From Mobula hypostoma (Eukaryota): a DNA stretch of 64,000 nt. The DNA lies in contig NC_086108.1 in assembly GCF_963921235.1 (NCBI RefSeq), positions 36,520,001-36,584,000 on the forward strand. The letters are read 5' to 3'. The notes below the pieces were generated by a model. The model did no database searches. It worked only from the letters and a program-made list of their open reading frames with translations, and was not told where the DNA came from. This document shows, in pieces, positions 25,307 through 38,482 of this stretch. The number at the start of each line of letters is the position of its first letter. Within the stretch, counting starts at the first letter, position 1. The translations under genes were made by a program, and so were the position numbers.

Positions 25307-26350
25307 ATTCTGTATTTCCTGCCTGATAGGAGCTGCAAGAAAGTTAGCATGGCCCAGATGGTGGGGATATTTCATGATAGATGTTACCTTATTTAGGCAG
25401 TGCCTCCTGTATATAACACCACTGGTGGTGAGGAATGAGCCCATAATGTATTGGGCAAAGTCCACTACATTCTGCAGCTTCTTACATCCCTGTGCCTTTG
25501 AATTGCCATGCCAGACCATGATATAACCTATCAGAATACTTTCTACAATATACCTGTAGAAGTTTGTTGGAGTGTTTGGTGACATGCCAAACCTCCTTAA
25601 CCTCCTTCAAAAGTAATGACACTCTCCTTATGAATGCATCTGTGTGCTTGGCTCAGGATAGGTTATCCAATATGTTAACGCTTAGGAACTTAATGCTGCT
25701 GACTCTCTCCACTGACAAAACCCCAGTGCAAACTGATCCATACTCCCATCCCCCTCTCCCTTACCTTTTGTGAAGTTAAGAATCAGCTCATCAGTTTTGC
25801 TGACATTCAGCAGGAGGTTATTGTTATGTCACCACTCAACCAGGTGTCCTATCTTGCTCTGTTAAACTGGCTTATTGCCACCCACGATTGTCCAACAACT
25901 GTAGTATCTCTGGCAAATTTGCAAATGACATTGGAGCTGTGCTTAGCCACACAGTCACCTTTGTATTTAGAGTAAAACAGGGGGATAAACACGTAGTCTT
26001 GAAGTGCATCTGTGCTGATGTCATTGAGATGTTGTTACCAATTTTCGTTGATTGAGGTCTGCTGATAAGGAAGTTGGGGGGGGGGGAGAGAGAGAGAGAG
26101 AGAGAGAGAGATAAAGGCAGTTGCTGAGGTACAGAAGCTCACGTCTCGAAGCTTGATGGTGAGTTGCATGGGATGATTATGTTTAATGCTGAGCTGAAGT
26201 TGGTGTACAGCAGCCTGACGTGTGAGTTCCTATTGACAAATGGTCCTGAGCAGAGTAAAGAGCCAATGAAATCACATCTTCTGTTGACCTATTTTGGTGG
26301 TGGGCAAACTGGAGCGAATCCAGGTCATCTCTGACGCAAGAGCTGACGCA
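25307..26350 (-). mobile_element. Rex1/Babar-type LINE fragment (its 3' part probably continues at about 24500-24790)
   Basis: LDSLQFAHHQNRSTEDVISLAL; NFYRYIVESIL.G.I.VW.GN. Confidence 0.75.
26075..26111. repeat. G-run followed by (GA)n microsatellite
   Basis: Seen directly. Confidence 0.9.
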
Positions 26351-27082
26351 TGCTATAATCATAATAATAATAAATACTATAAATCCTGAATGAGAAATTC
26401 TTTCGTTACAGCAGCAACATTTGAAAACCACACCTAGCAGTGTTCAGACTTAACTAATAATAAAGTACAGAATAATCATAATAATTTACCAATGTGCAAT
26501 AATTTACATATTACTATTTAATTATTTATGATTTTGTTACTATTTAATTATTTATGGTGCAACTGTAACGAAAACCAATTTCTCCCGGGATCAATAAAGT
26601 ATGACTATGACTAATAATGTATGCAATATTAAAACAGAGACTATTGTACTATGACGTGTGTTCTCCTGTTGCACACAAGATGAACTGTCGTATATGTTTA
26701 TTGCATTTGGTAGGGAAGATTTTCTGTGATGATCCTTGTGACAGTGGAGCTGAATGAGTTCGTTCAAAAGGGTGCTCTGCTTCTTATTCAGTAGGTCATG
26801 GAGAGGATGTGCCAGATTGTCCATAATGGATAACAGTTTGTTTAGTGACCTCTTTTCCCCCATTGACTCAAAAGAGTCCAGGTTGTAGCCAAAGACAGAT
26901 CCAGCCTTTTTGATGAGTTTACTTAGTGATTTTGCATCACCAGCACCAATGCTGCTCTCCCAAAATAAGGCAGCAAAGAAGACCACACTCGCTATAACAG
27001 ACTGCTAAAAGATCTCCATCATCCTGTTGCACACATTGAAGGATCTCAGCTTCCTCAGAAAGAGTTTGCTCATTCCCTTTTT

Positions 27083-27559
27083 ATAGAAACATAGAAACAT
27101 AGAAAATAGGTGCAGGAGTAGGCCATTCGGCCCTTCGAGCCTGCACCACCATTCAGTATGATCATGGCTGATCATTCAACTCAGAACCCTGCTTTCTCTC
27201 CATACCCCCTGATCCCTTTAGTCACAAGGGCCATATCTAACTCCCTCTTAAATATAGCCAATGAACTGGCCTCAACTGTTTCCTGTGGCAGAAAATTCTA
27301 CAGATTCACCATTCTCTGTCTGAAGGAGTTTTTCCTCATCTTGGTCCCAAAAGGCTTCCCCTTTATCCTTAAACTGTGACCCCTCATTCTGGACTTCCCC
27401 AACATCGGGAACAATCTTCCTGCATCTAGCCTGTCCAATCCCTTTAGAATTTTATATGTTTCAATAAGATCTCCCCTCAATCTTCTAAATTCCAGCGAGT
27501 ATAAGCCTAGTTGATCCAGTCTTTCTTCATATGATAGTCATATCAATCTGGTGAACCTG
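27083..27559 (-). mobile_element. CR1 3' fragment, same group as 8037-11575
   Basis: RGDLIETYKILKGLDRLDAGRLFPML; same 3' UTR and (TTTCTATG)n tail. Confidence 0.93.
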
Positions 27560-28342
27560 ATAAACAACCTTGGTGTTGATCTTCCAGCCAAGTCTGTTGC
27601 TGAGGTGACACCCAAGTATTTGTACTCCTCCACCACCAGAAATTCTTCTCCCAGAATGTACACACGACTTGTCACCTCCTAAAATCAATCACCGTCTCCC
27701 TAGTTTTGACCACATTTAGGAGAAGGTGATTCCTCCTGCACCACTGCACAAATCTGTTCACCAGTTCTCTGTACTGCGACCCCTGCCCATCTCCGATACA
27801 CCCAGCCACCGTAGAGTCATCAGGGAATTTCTGCAAGTGACAAGACTCAGATTTGTACTGAAAGTTTGAAGTGTTCAGTGTGAACGGAAACAGAAACAGG
27901 ACAGTCACTAGTGGTGCTCCAGTGCCAGATACCACCACCTCGGATGGAGAACTACTGAGCCATACAAACGGGAGTCTATCTGTCAGGTAGTCAATAATCC
28001 AGGAGATAGTGTGGATTTGTCTACACCCATCCTTTGCAGCTTCTCGCTCAGAAGAAACTGCTGGATTGTGTGGGAGGCACTAGGAAAATCAAAAAATATG
28101 ATTCTCACAATGCCACCAGCATCATCCAGGTGGGAGAGAGCTCTCTGCAACAGGTAGATGATGGCATCATCCACTCCCACATGAGGTTGGTAGGCAAACT
28201 GTAGAAGGTCCAATGAAGATCTCACCTGCGGTCTAAGGTAAGTCAGGACCAGTCTGTCCAGCAACTTCATCACATGAGATGTGAGGGCAAATGATCTGTA
28301 GTCATTACATTCAGATGGAGTCACCTCCTAGGGTATAGGAAC

Positions 28343-29220
28343 TGTGACGAAACAGGGTTACAAAAGTACACATAGACTAAGATGTTAACTGTCCTGTGCT
28401 AGCACCAGTGGGATCAACAGTTGATCTGCCACCTGTCTTCAGGAGAGAGAGATAAGTAAGACAATGAGGCAGCATTTGGAAATGTTAATGAAGAGACGAG
28501 AGAGTTTAACGGAAGGAGAGATCGGTCTGAGTATTGTCAAGACCGGCTCCTTTTGAACCCTGAACTGTTTGAAGTGTGATGGACAGGCGATACCCCAGCA
28601 GGGGGATAAAAAGGGGCAGGTTTGCTAAGACACCACGAGGTAACGAGACCCTGGAAGCGGTGCGCCCCCACAAGTCGGTGGGAGTTTTGGAGGTCTGATC
28701 GCGGGACCAGCCATAGACGCAAAGGGTGGAAGGATACGGTCGGCGGGAACCTGGTGTGTGTCTGCCCTTGCCTGGGTGCCGGGTTCACTGCTGAGGAATG
28801 ATCGTGTCTGGAACAGAGGGGTCACAGTTGGTGACCTCAGAAGACATTACAAAGGGCTCGCCTGAAAGCTAACTGCGAGGAATATCGAAGGTCTGTTTGG
28901 AATCCGATTTGCATATTCATTCGTTCTCTCTCTCTCTCCAACGGCACGACGGTGGTTACTGTGAACTGAACTAAACTGAACTCTGTCACTTGTGATTGAA
29001 CATTTTACCCCTAGACTGCGATAGAGCTGATTGACCCTATTATCCTAGTTCTGTGTATGTGTGTGTTTATTCATTGCTAACCTGTTGCATTTATATCCTT
29101 ACTATTACAGTGCTGTGTTGCTTATTTCTTTAATAAAACTTTCTTAGTTCCAGTAATCCAGACTCCAACTGAGTGGTCCATTTCTGCTGGTTTGGCAACC
29201 CAGTTACGGGTTACGTAACA
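28343..29220 (+). mobile_element. Solo LTR, 878 bp
   Basis: TGTGACG..CGTAACA termini, GAAC TSD (28339-28342, 29221-29224), GATAAAA at about 28605, AATAAA at 29132-29137. Confidence 0.9.
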
Positions 29221-29384
29221 GAACCAAGCAGGAAAACTTCCACAGCTCTGACTCAGACTCAGATTGTAAAGGTGCTGCAAAATACCAGACACTGGCTCAC
29301 ACGTGCCTTCAGTACCCTGGGGCTGATACCATCCAGTTCAGCAGCCTTGCCTTGATGTAGTCTCTCCAGCTGTCTCCCTTGTCC

Positions 29385-30218
29385 ATTCATCCCTCCCCAC
29401 TGATCTTCCTCCTAGCACTAATCCTTGTAAGTGGAACAAGTGCTACATCTACCCCTACACCTCCTCCCTCACTACCATTCAGGGCCCCAAACAGTCCTTC
29501 CAGGTGAGGTGACATTTCACCTGTGAGTGTGTTGGGGTCATTTACTGTGTTTGGTGCTCCCGGTGCGGCCTCCTCTATATCAGTGAGACTCGACGTAGAT
29601 TGGGAGACCGCTTCACCGAGCATCTATGCTCTGTCCACCAGAACAAATGGGATCTCCCAGTGGCCACCCAGTTTAATTCCACTTCCCATTCCCATTCCAA
29701 TATGTCCATCCATGGCCTCCTCCACTGTTAAGATAAGGCCACACTTACATTGGAGGAACAACACCTTATATTCCGTTTGGATATCCTCCAACCTGATGGC
29801 ATGAACATCGACTTCTCAAACTTCCAGTGTTGCCTCCCCACCTCCTTCACCATTTCCCATCCCCTTGTCCCTCTCTCATGTTATCCCCTTGTCTACCATT
29901 GCCTCCCTCTGGTGCTCCTCCCCCCCCCCACCCATTTTCTTTCTTCCATGGCTTTCTGTCTCTTTCACCCATCAACTTCCGAGCTCTTTGCTTCATCCCT
30001 CCCTCTCCAGGTTTCACCTATCACCTGGTGTTTCTCTCTCCCCTCCCCCCACCTTTCAAACCTACTCCTCAGCTTTTTTTCTCCAGTTCTGCCGAAGGGT
30101 TTTGGCCCGAAACGTCAGCTGTGCTTTTTGCCATAGATGCTGCCTGGCCTGCTGACTGCCTCCAGCATTTTGTGTGTGTTGCTCGGATTCCCAGCATCTG
30201 CAGATTTTCTCTTGTTTG
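29385..30218 (+). mobile_element. Penelope-like element 3' fragment
   Basis: GIY-YIG coding remnant (LEEQHLIFRL..QPDGMNIDFSNF), pyrimidine-rich tail, degenerate hammerhead at about 30086-30120. Confidence 0.9.
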
Positions 30219-30924
30219 TGAACTGAAACGGAAGTTGGGAATTCCCGAGACAAATAATATGGCCGTATCCCAATGGCTAAGGGCTCGATGTCCGGGCTAC
30301 ATAAACATTCCTTTGCAGTAACATGTCTGTGATTACACCACCTTTCATTCACAGACACTGCAATCCCTTCTCCCTTCTTCTTACCGCTCAGTGTAACATC
30401 CCTTTTTGCTCGGATGGTCTTGAATCCTGGTACGGTAGCACGACGGTCTGGAAAATGCACGTGGAGCCAGGTCTCAGTTAAGCACAAAACACTGCACTCC
30501 AGGTATTTTGTCTGGGTCTTAATCAGTGCACCAGGCTCGTCCATCTTATGTTCCAAGCACCTCACGTTTCTCATGATGATCTTGGGGACAGAAAGTTTTA
30601 TATTTCCTCCACCTAGCCTCAACCTTCGGTGGAGACCTGCCGCCTCAGCATCGCTTCCTATGCTCCCATTGGATCTCAGGCCAAACTCTGGCAGTAGCAT
30701 CGGTGTGCATAGCTCAATCAGCTGGTCTCTGGAATAAACACAACCTTCGCCCCAAACACAAGGTGGCCATCACAAATGGTCCAGGTGAACAATAATCCAG
30801 AATGACACACAAGAAAACATAAAAATAACATAAAATAATATGAAAAACAGTAAAAAAAAAACACAGGAGTTACTGCAACAAGCTGCCACTAGTGCATCTC
30901 GATGAACCTTTCCGAGGGTTTCAT

Positions 30925-31620
30925 TGCGGTTGATGTAAGTGCTACCAGATGGTAGTCATTGAGACAGGTCAGTTTACTCTCGGGCAGTGGGACAATTTTT
31001 TGAAGCAGATAGGAATCTCAGAATGCAGAAGTGAGAGGTTGAATATGTCTGTAAATACTCCAGCCAATTAGTCTGCACAGGTATTTAATACTCAGCCAGG
31101 TATGCCATCTGGACCAGACATCTTTCATGGATTCATCCACTTGAAGGATGCCAAGATCTTGGCCTCAGAGTTTGAAATTACAGGTTTAGCCAGAGATATT
31201 GGGGCCTGTGTAGATCTGTCATGGTTCTCCCTATCAAAGCATGCATAAAACACACTGAACTCATCTGGGACTGATGGGTTATTGTCACTCATGCTACCCA
31301 ATCTCGTTTTGTTGGAAGTTATATTGTGCAATCTTTGCCACAGCTGTCAAATGTCCATCTATATTTCCAGTTTAGTCTGAAATTGCCTCTTTGTACTTGC
31401 AATGACCTTCTAAAGGTTGTACTTGAACTTTTTATATAACATCCTTGTCACAGCTGTCAAGTGTCCATCTATATTTCCAGTTTAGTCTGAAATTGCCTCT
31501 TTGTACTTGCAATGACCTTCTAAAGGTTCTACTTGAACTTTTTATATAATACTGGGTTGCCGCACTAAATGCCTCAGGTCCTGCCCTCAAGTGTGTGAGA
31601 ATCTGCTGGTTCACCAATGG
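30925..31620 (-). mobile_element. Rex1/Babar-type LINE fragment
   Basis: PDEFSVFYACFDREN..ASFKWMNP..SGPDG; LNDYHLVAL remnant. Confidence 0.7.
31331..31549. repeat. 110-bp tandem duplication (2 copies)
   Basis: 31331-31440 nearly equals 31441-31549. Confidence 0.92.
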
Positions 31621-31869
31621 TTTTCAAATTTGTACTTTTGAATACAGTACAGTTAAGCAGGTCCTGCATTGTCTTGAGATCCTCAGCTGTCTGTCTCTTT
31701 GGCCTTTATAGTCAGCATGGATCTGGGCACTGACTTCCACAAGAAGCGCAACCTTTAAGTGTGGTGGAGTGCAAAGTAGGGACAGTCTCAGTCAACGCAG
31801 ATGGTTGCATACACACAATGGCTTTGACAGCTGATCATCTTGTGTCTTCCAGGTTCACTGGCTGTCAAA

Positions 31870-33322
31870 GCTCAAACATCAAAGTAAATTTATTATCATA
31901 GTACATATACAACTCTGAGATTCATTGTCTTGCAGACATACTCAATAAATCCATAATAGTATCAACAAAAGACCCTGCCAACTTTGGCATTCAACCAGTG
32001 TGCAAAAGGCAGCAAACTGGACATACAAAAATAAAGAAATAATAATAATTAAATAAGCAATAAATATCAAGAACATTAGATGAAGAGTCCTTGAAAGTAA
32101 TTCCACAGGTTATGGGAACATTTCAATGATGAGGCAAGTGAAGTTGAGTGAAGTTATCCCCTGTGGTTTAAGAACCTGATGGTTGAGGGGTAATAACTGT
32201 TACTGAACCTGATGGTGTGAATCCTAAGGCTCCTGTACCAGCTTCCTGATGGCAGCAGCGAGAAGAGAGCGTGACCTGGGTTGTGGGGTCCCTGTTGATG
32301 GATGCTGCTATCCTGTGACAGTGCTCTGTGTAGATGTGCTCAGTGGTGGGAAGGGCTTTCCCGGTGATGGACAGCCGTATTTACTACTTTTTGTAGGATT
32401 TTCCATTCAAGGGCATTGGTAATTCCATACACGCTGTGATGCAGCCGCTCAAATTACTCTCTTCCACACATCTATAGAAGTTTGTCAAAGTTTTAGATGT
32501 CATGCCGAATCTTCACAAACTCTGAAGGAAGTAGCACTGCCATGCTTTCTTCGTAACTGCACTTACGTGCTTGTCCCAGGACAGGTCCTATGACATGACA
32601 ACACGGTGGAATTTAAAGTTGCTGACCCTCTCCAATTCTGATCCTTTGATGAGAACTGGCTCATGGATCTCCAGTTTCCTCTTCCTGTGGTCAATGTCCA
32701 GCTCCTTGGTCTTGCTGACATTGAGTACAAGGTTGCTCTTGTGGAACCTCTCAGCCAGATTTTCAGTCTCCCTTCTATATATTGGTTCATCACCACCTTT
32801 GATCCAGTCTACAACAGTGGTGTCATCTGCAAACTTGAAACTGGCATGGGAGCTGTGCTTAGCTGCACGTTCATAAATATAAAGCAAGTAGAGCAGGGGG
32901 CTAGGCACACAGCCTTGTGCACCTGTGCCGATGGAGATTGTGGAGGAGATGTTGTTGCCAATCCAAACTGACTGGTGTCTACAAGTGAGAAAATCTAGGA
33001 TCCAATTGCACAAGAAGATATTGAGGCCAAGGTCCTGAAGCTTATCGATTCATTTTGAGGGGATGATAGTGTTGAATACTTTAGCTATAGTTGATAAAGA
33101 GCATCCTGATGTATGCAACTTTGCTGTCCAGAAGTTCCAGGGTTGAGTGAAGAGCCAATGAAATGGTATCTGCAGTGGACCTGTTGCACTGAACTGGAGC
33201 AGATCCGAATCGCTTCTCAGGCAGGAGTTGATATGTTTTGTCACCAGCCTCTCAAAACACTTCCTCACTGTGGATGTAAGTCCTACTGGACAATGGTCAC
33301 TGAGGCAGTTAACCACGTTCTT
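31870..33322 (-). mobile_element. Rex1/Babar-type LINE RT and 3' end
   Basis: [39 protein letters not shown]. Confidence 0.88.
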
Positions 33323-33504
33323 CAGTGTCAGTCATTGTCTGTGAATGTTTTTCATAAATATTTACTTATACTTGAGACTTTTAAAAAATTATGTATAAAA
33401 TTAAATGTCATATTTTAACATTCTTACATACAAGTGGATTTTTGAACTAAGTTTCAGTTAAAGACATCGAATCTGTAATAAAAAGTAAACACTAATATCA
33501 CCTG

Positions 33505-33896
33505 ACAACATACATCAAAGTTGCTGGTGAACGCAGCAGGCCAAGCAGCATCTATAGGAAGAGGTGCAGTTGACGTTTCAGGCCGAGACCCTTCGTCAGG
33601 TATGTTGCTTGAATTTCCAGCATCTGCAGAATTCCTGTTGTTTACTAATATCACCTGTCCAGCTCTTGGCTCCATCCCTCCCCCTCCTGTCTTCTCCTAT
33701 CATTTTGGATCTCCCCCTCCCCCTCCAACTTTCAAATCCCTTACTCACTCTTCCTTCAGTTAGTCCTGACGAAGGGTCTCGGCCTGAAACGTCGACTGTA
33801 CCTCTTCCTACAGATGCTGCCTGGCCTGCTGCGTTCACCAGCAACTTTGATGTGTGTTGCTTGAATTTCCAGCATCTGCAGAATTCCTGTTGTTTG
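33505..33896. mobile_element. Penelope-like terminal (pseudo-LTR) fragments in inverted arrangement
   Basis: 33505-33600 is the reverse complement of about 33765-33860; each arm carries a hammerhead core. Confidence 0.9.
33762..33797 (+). ncRNA. Minimal type I hammerhead ribozyme (PLE-associated)
   Basis: agtc-CTGACGA-agg gtctcgg cct-GAAA-cGTC-gact: helix I, intact core, helix II, palindromic ACGT helix III. Confidence 0.8.
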
Positions 33897-35227
33897 CACT
33901 AATATCACTGTTCATTTGGACAGGGCTGCTGTACTCGAGCCATCTTTATCCTGTGCAGCCTCAGAGGCACAATTCCCTGCCTGAGATTTGTGAAACGTTT
34001 GCCGTACTCAATCCACTGGGGCATCTGTAGCCAGCGATAACTGAGTGCCAGATCAGCACTTCCTCGAGCAGATCCGGGAAGGCCCCAGCATGAGTGCTTG
34101 CACTGGGGCTGAGCAATTTGGTCTAATCAAACCTCTGGGCCTAGGTTACAAAAAAAAAACTAACTTGCAAGGGTAATTTTCATTTCCACTACTCTCCTGT
34201 AGGGCTCCAAATATTAGACGTGTGACAATGTTTGTTGGTAAAGATCTAAAGCTGATCAACCAGAAAGTAATCCAATACTTTTTAAGGAAATGCATATGTA
34301 TGCATGCATTTGTGTAGCTAGGGTGGGATGGATGTGCCTTTGTGTATAGGAGTGTAGAGGTGGGGGAAAGGAGGAGAGGTCCCATGTGTGCTTGCATGGG
34401 TGGTGGAGGAGGAGAATTCCCATGTGTGCATGTACTGCGGGCGGGGGGGGGGGGTGCGGTGGTGCGAAGGAGAGAGGAGGGGAAGAGAGGTCCCTGTGTA
34501 TGTGTCTGTGTCTACGTGTCTTTTATGCTGCTGCTTCTACACAAAACTGCTGTTTTTGCACGTGCAACAAATCCCTTAGGTGAGAGACGGGAAGCATTAA
34601 CAGACTATAATTGGTGAAAATACTGACCTTGAAGTGGAGGCTTTTTTTTATAGATCAGTGTGTAGAGGGTTTAGGGGAATGAAGATTTAAGGTTATCTTT
34701 CTGAAAATATTTTTGCAATACTGCGAACAGCAATCAAAGTTAAGTGCATAGTAAAAATTGGTGTTGGTGTAATATTTTCTTCATTTAGCTTGGAGACAAA
34801 TTTTAAATGCATCAAGTAATCAAACTGTGAATGAAAATAAAGGTTGATTGAAGTAATTTAGTTTAAAAGAAACAAATGCACTGATCCTATTTACATTTTG
34901 TAGTCTTTGCATAGGTTTCTGAATGAAAATATCTTACAGCAAATGGATCACTTTCCCCAGGTCCTTATGAAATCCATATTGCTCTGAGAAAAAAATGTTC
35001 TCCTTCCCATTTCTGTAAAGGTCAGTGTTCATGATGTTTTAAATGCCTAGCTCCTAATCTTATGCAGTGGCCTATAAATAGAATAAAGCTTTTTTTTAAT
35101 TATTTAGAGCATTTCTGCAGTCAAATGTTAACACTGTCCATAAAAATGGTTTCGCTTCGCATTTGAGGAAGGAAAGGGTATTTTTCAATAACTATTTCAT
35201 CATATGTTCATTTGTCATATTATGTTA

Positions 35228-37484
35228 CATAGAAACATAGAAAATAGGTGCAGGAGTAGGCCATTCGGCCCTTCGAGCCTGCACCGCCATTTATTATGAT
35301 CATGGCTGATCATCCAACTCAGAACCCCGCCCCAGCCTTCCCTCCATACCCCCTGACCCCCGTAGCCACAAGGGCCATATCTAACTCCCTCTTAAATATA
35401 GCCAATGAACTGGCCTCAACAGTTTCCTGTGGCAGAGAATTCCACAGATTCACCACTCTCTGTGTGAAGAAGTTTTTCCTAATCGCGGTCCTAAAAGGCT
35501 TCCCCTCTATCCTCAAACTGTGACCCCTCGTTCTGGACTTCCCCAACATCGGGAACAATCTTCCAGCATCTAGCCTGTCCAATCCCTTTAGGATCTTATA
35601 CGTTTCAATCAGATCCCCCCTCAATCTTCTAAATTCCAACGAGTACAAGCCCAATTCATCCAGTCTTTCTTCATATGAAAGTCCTGCCATCCCAGGAATC
35701 AATCTGGTGAACCTTCTTTGTACTCCCTCTATGGCAAAGATGTCTTTCCTCAGATTAGGGGACCAAAACTGCACACAATACTCCAGGTGTGGTCTCACCA
35801 AGGCCTTGTACAACTGCAGTAGTACGTCCCTGCTCCTGTACTCGAATCCTCTCACTATAAATGCCAGCATACCATTTGCCTTTTTCACCGCCTGCTGTAC
35901 CTGCATGCCCACTTTCAATGACTGGTGTATAACGACACCCAGGTCTCGTTGCACCTCCCCTTTTCCTAATCGGCCACCATTCAGATAATAATCTGTTTTC
36001 CTATTTTTGCCACCAAAGTGGATAACTTCACATTTATCCACATTAAATTGCATCTGCCATGAGTTTGCCCACTCACCCAACCTATCCAAGTCACCCTGCA
36101 TCCTCTTAGCATCCTCCTCACTGCTAACACTGCCACCCAGCTTCGTGTCATCCGCAAACTTGGAGATGCTGCATTTAATTCCCTCATCCAATTCATTAAT
36201 ATATATTGTAAACAACTGGGGTCCCAGCACTAAGCCTTGCGGTACCCCACTAGTCACCGCCTGCCATTCTGAAAAGGTCCCGTTTATTCCCACTCTTTGC
36301 TTCCTGTCTGCTAACCAATTCTCCACCCACACCAATACCTTACCCCCAATACCGTGTGCTTTAAGTTTGCACACTAATCTCCTGTGTGGGACCTTGTCAA
36401 AAGCCTTTTGAAAATCCAAATATACCACATCCACTGGTTCTCCCCTATCCACTCTACTAGTTACATCCTCAAAAAATTCTATGAGATTCGTCAGACATGA
36501 TTTTCCTTTCACAAATCCATGCTGACTTTGTCCGATCATTTCACCGCTTTCCAAATGTGCTGTTATCACATCCTTGATAACTGACTCCAGCACAGTTTCC
36601 CCACCACCGACGTTAGGCTAACCAGTCTATAATTCCCCGGTTTCTCTCTCCCTCCTTTTTTAAAAAGTGGGGTTACATTAGCCACCCTCCAATCCTCAGG
36701 AACTAGTCCAGAATCTAACGAGTTTTGAAAAATTATCACTAATGCATCCACTATTTCTTGGGCTACTTCTTTAAGCACTCTAGGATGCAGACCATCTGGC
36801 CCTGGGGATTTATCTGCCTTCAATCCCTTCAATTTACCTAACACCACTTCCCTACTAACATGTATTTCGCTCAGTTCCTCCATCTCACTGGACCCTCTGT
36901 CCCTTACTATTTCTGGAAGATTATTTATGTCCTCCTTAGTGAAGACAGAACCAAAGTAATTATTCAATTGGTCTGCCATGTCCTTGCTCCCCATAATCAA
37001 TTCACCTGTTTCTGTCTGCAGGGGACCTACATTTGTCTTTACCAGTCTTTTCCTTTTTACATATCTATAAAAGCTTTTACAGTCCGTTTTTATGTTCCCT
37101 GCCAGTTTTCTCTCATAATCTTTTTTCCCCTTCCTAATTAAGCCCTTTGTCCTCCTCTGCTGAACTCTGAATTTCTCCCAGTCCTCAGGTGAGCCACTTT
37201 CTCTGGCTAATTTGTATGCTTCTTCTTTGGAATTGATACTATCCCTAATTTCTCTTGTCAGCCACGGGTGCACTACCTTCCTTGATTTATTCTTTTGCCA
37301 AACTGGGATGAACAATTGTTGTAGTTCATCCATGCAACCTTTAAATGCTTGCCATTGCATATCCACCGTCAATCCTTTAAGTGTCATTTGCCAGTCTATC
37401 TTAGCTAATTCACGTCTCATACCTTCAAAGTTACCCCTCTTTAAGTTCAGAACCTTTGTTTCTGAATTAACTATGTCACTCTCA
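35228..37484 (-). mobile_element. Young CR1 LINE, 5'-truncated, same subfamily as 8037-11575
   Basis: ORFs 36566-37507 and 35319-36593 nearly identical in protein to the first copy; one 2-bp insertion near 36590. Confidence 0.97.
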
Positions 37485-38239
37485 TTTACGAATGGACATA
37501 TGTACATATAATTAAAAATTATTACTTGACACTCAGTGACAATTTTAATAAATGCTGTATTTTTTTCTTGGCTTTAAAATTACATGATATAAAATGTTTC
37601 TTCCAAAATTAGAAACCTTACTTCCATGGATTTAAAAAAATCAGTCCACTTCCATGTAACTGATTATATATATTTCACATTTTCTGTGATGAGTGCGATC
37701 TAAAGTAAAGTCTTACTTTGGTTATACAATTTATGATGTTTTTAATTTACACTGCCAGCTTCCCTGTACACTTATGATTAGGAATTTAATTTGTATACAG
37801 CTAGCCTCTTTGTCATTAAATAGCATTTTCATTTGCATGTAGGTCAATGTAGCTTATGGGTGTTATGAGTCACAGGTCATGGGCTGGACCCAAATCAGCT
37901 TGTCCTAATGATTGCTATTCTATGTATGATATACATAAATTAGGACAGAAAAATTGTGAAATTGATAAATATGCTGATCTATTTTTTAAAAAGCCTGGAG
38001 AGGCATCAGTAGGAATGAAAATGATCTTGCAAAGTAGTCGCACGACAAAATACATTGCAATTTAATTTGAGTTAGATACACAGAATGTGCTCTATCAGTG
38101 TAACAAATAGGATGTTCTGTCAATGTTTTGATACCAGAAGTATCTCCTTTAGTGTGGTATCTCCTCTGTGTTGTAGGGGAAAAGAATAGTGAGGGTTAGT
38201 AGCCAGTAAATAAGGATATGGATTGTACTACTGTGGTAA

Positions 38240-38482
38240 TGGGGAGCTGCAGACAAAGCCGAGAGGTAGGGACATTGAATGCAGCAGTGATGGCGGGTGC
38301 CTTGCAGCATCTGGTCCATAGCCTCCTGCCAGTGCGGATGCAGAAGCTACTCCAAAAATAAGCCTATTGTAATGATAAAGCCCTTTGTGAGTGCTTGAGG
38401 TGAGAAACACTTCTTCCATCCCCATCTGTAGATAGGCTTCTTTGCTGAGGTGTTTCCCACCACAAAGGTTTGCAAAGAGCAT
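38240..38482 (-). pseudogene. Isolated Gypsy RT fragment of a different family
   Basis: LFANLCGGKHLSK.EAYLQM..LTSSTHKGLYHYNRLIFGVASA. Confidence 0.75.

Larger units (their letters stand above)
26615..30895 (-). mobile_element. Rex1/Babar-type LINE (EN + RT, internally deleted) with three nested insertions
   Basis: EN PKIIMRNVR..LCLTETWL..VNERWC (30219-30700); RT DYRSFALTSHVMK..LQFAYQP..FFDF, QKFPDDS; C-terminus KLIKKAGSV..HPLH. Confidence 0.85.

Noticed and set aside
30062..30700. 212-aa ORF resembling a standalone endonuclease gene
   Set aside because: LINE APE domain fragment running into the antisense Penelope tail.
34300..34620. Overlapping Gly/Val/Cys-rich short ORFs
   Set aside because: Low-complexity GT/G-rich sequence with no coding signature.
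38240..38482. RT fragment as part of the adjacent ERV
   Set aside because: Opposite strand with Gypsy-type motifs; an independent fragment abutting the LTR remnant.
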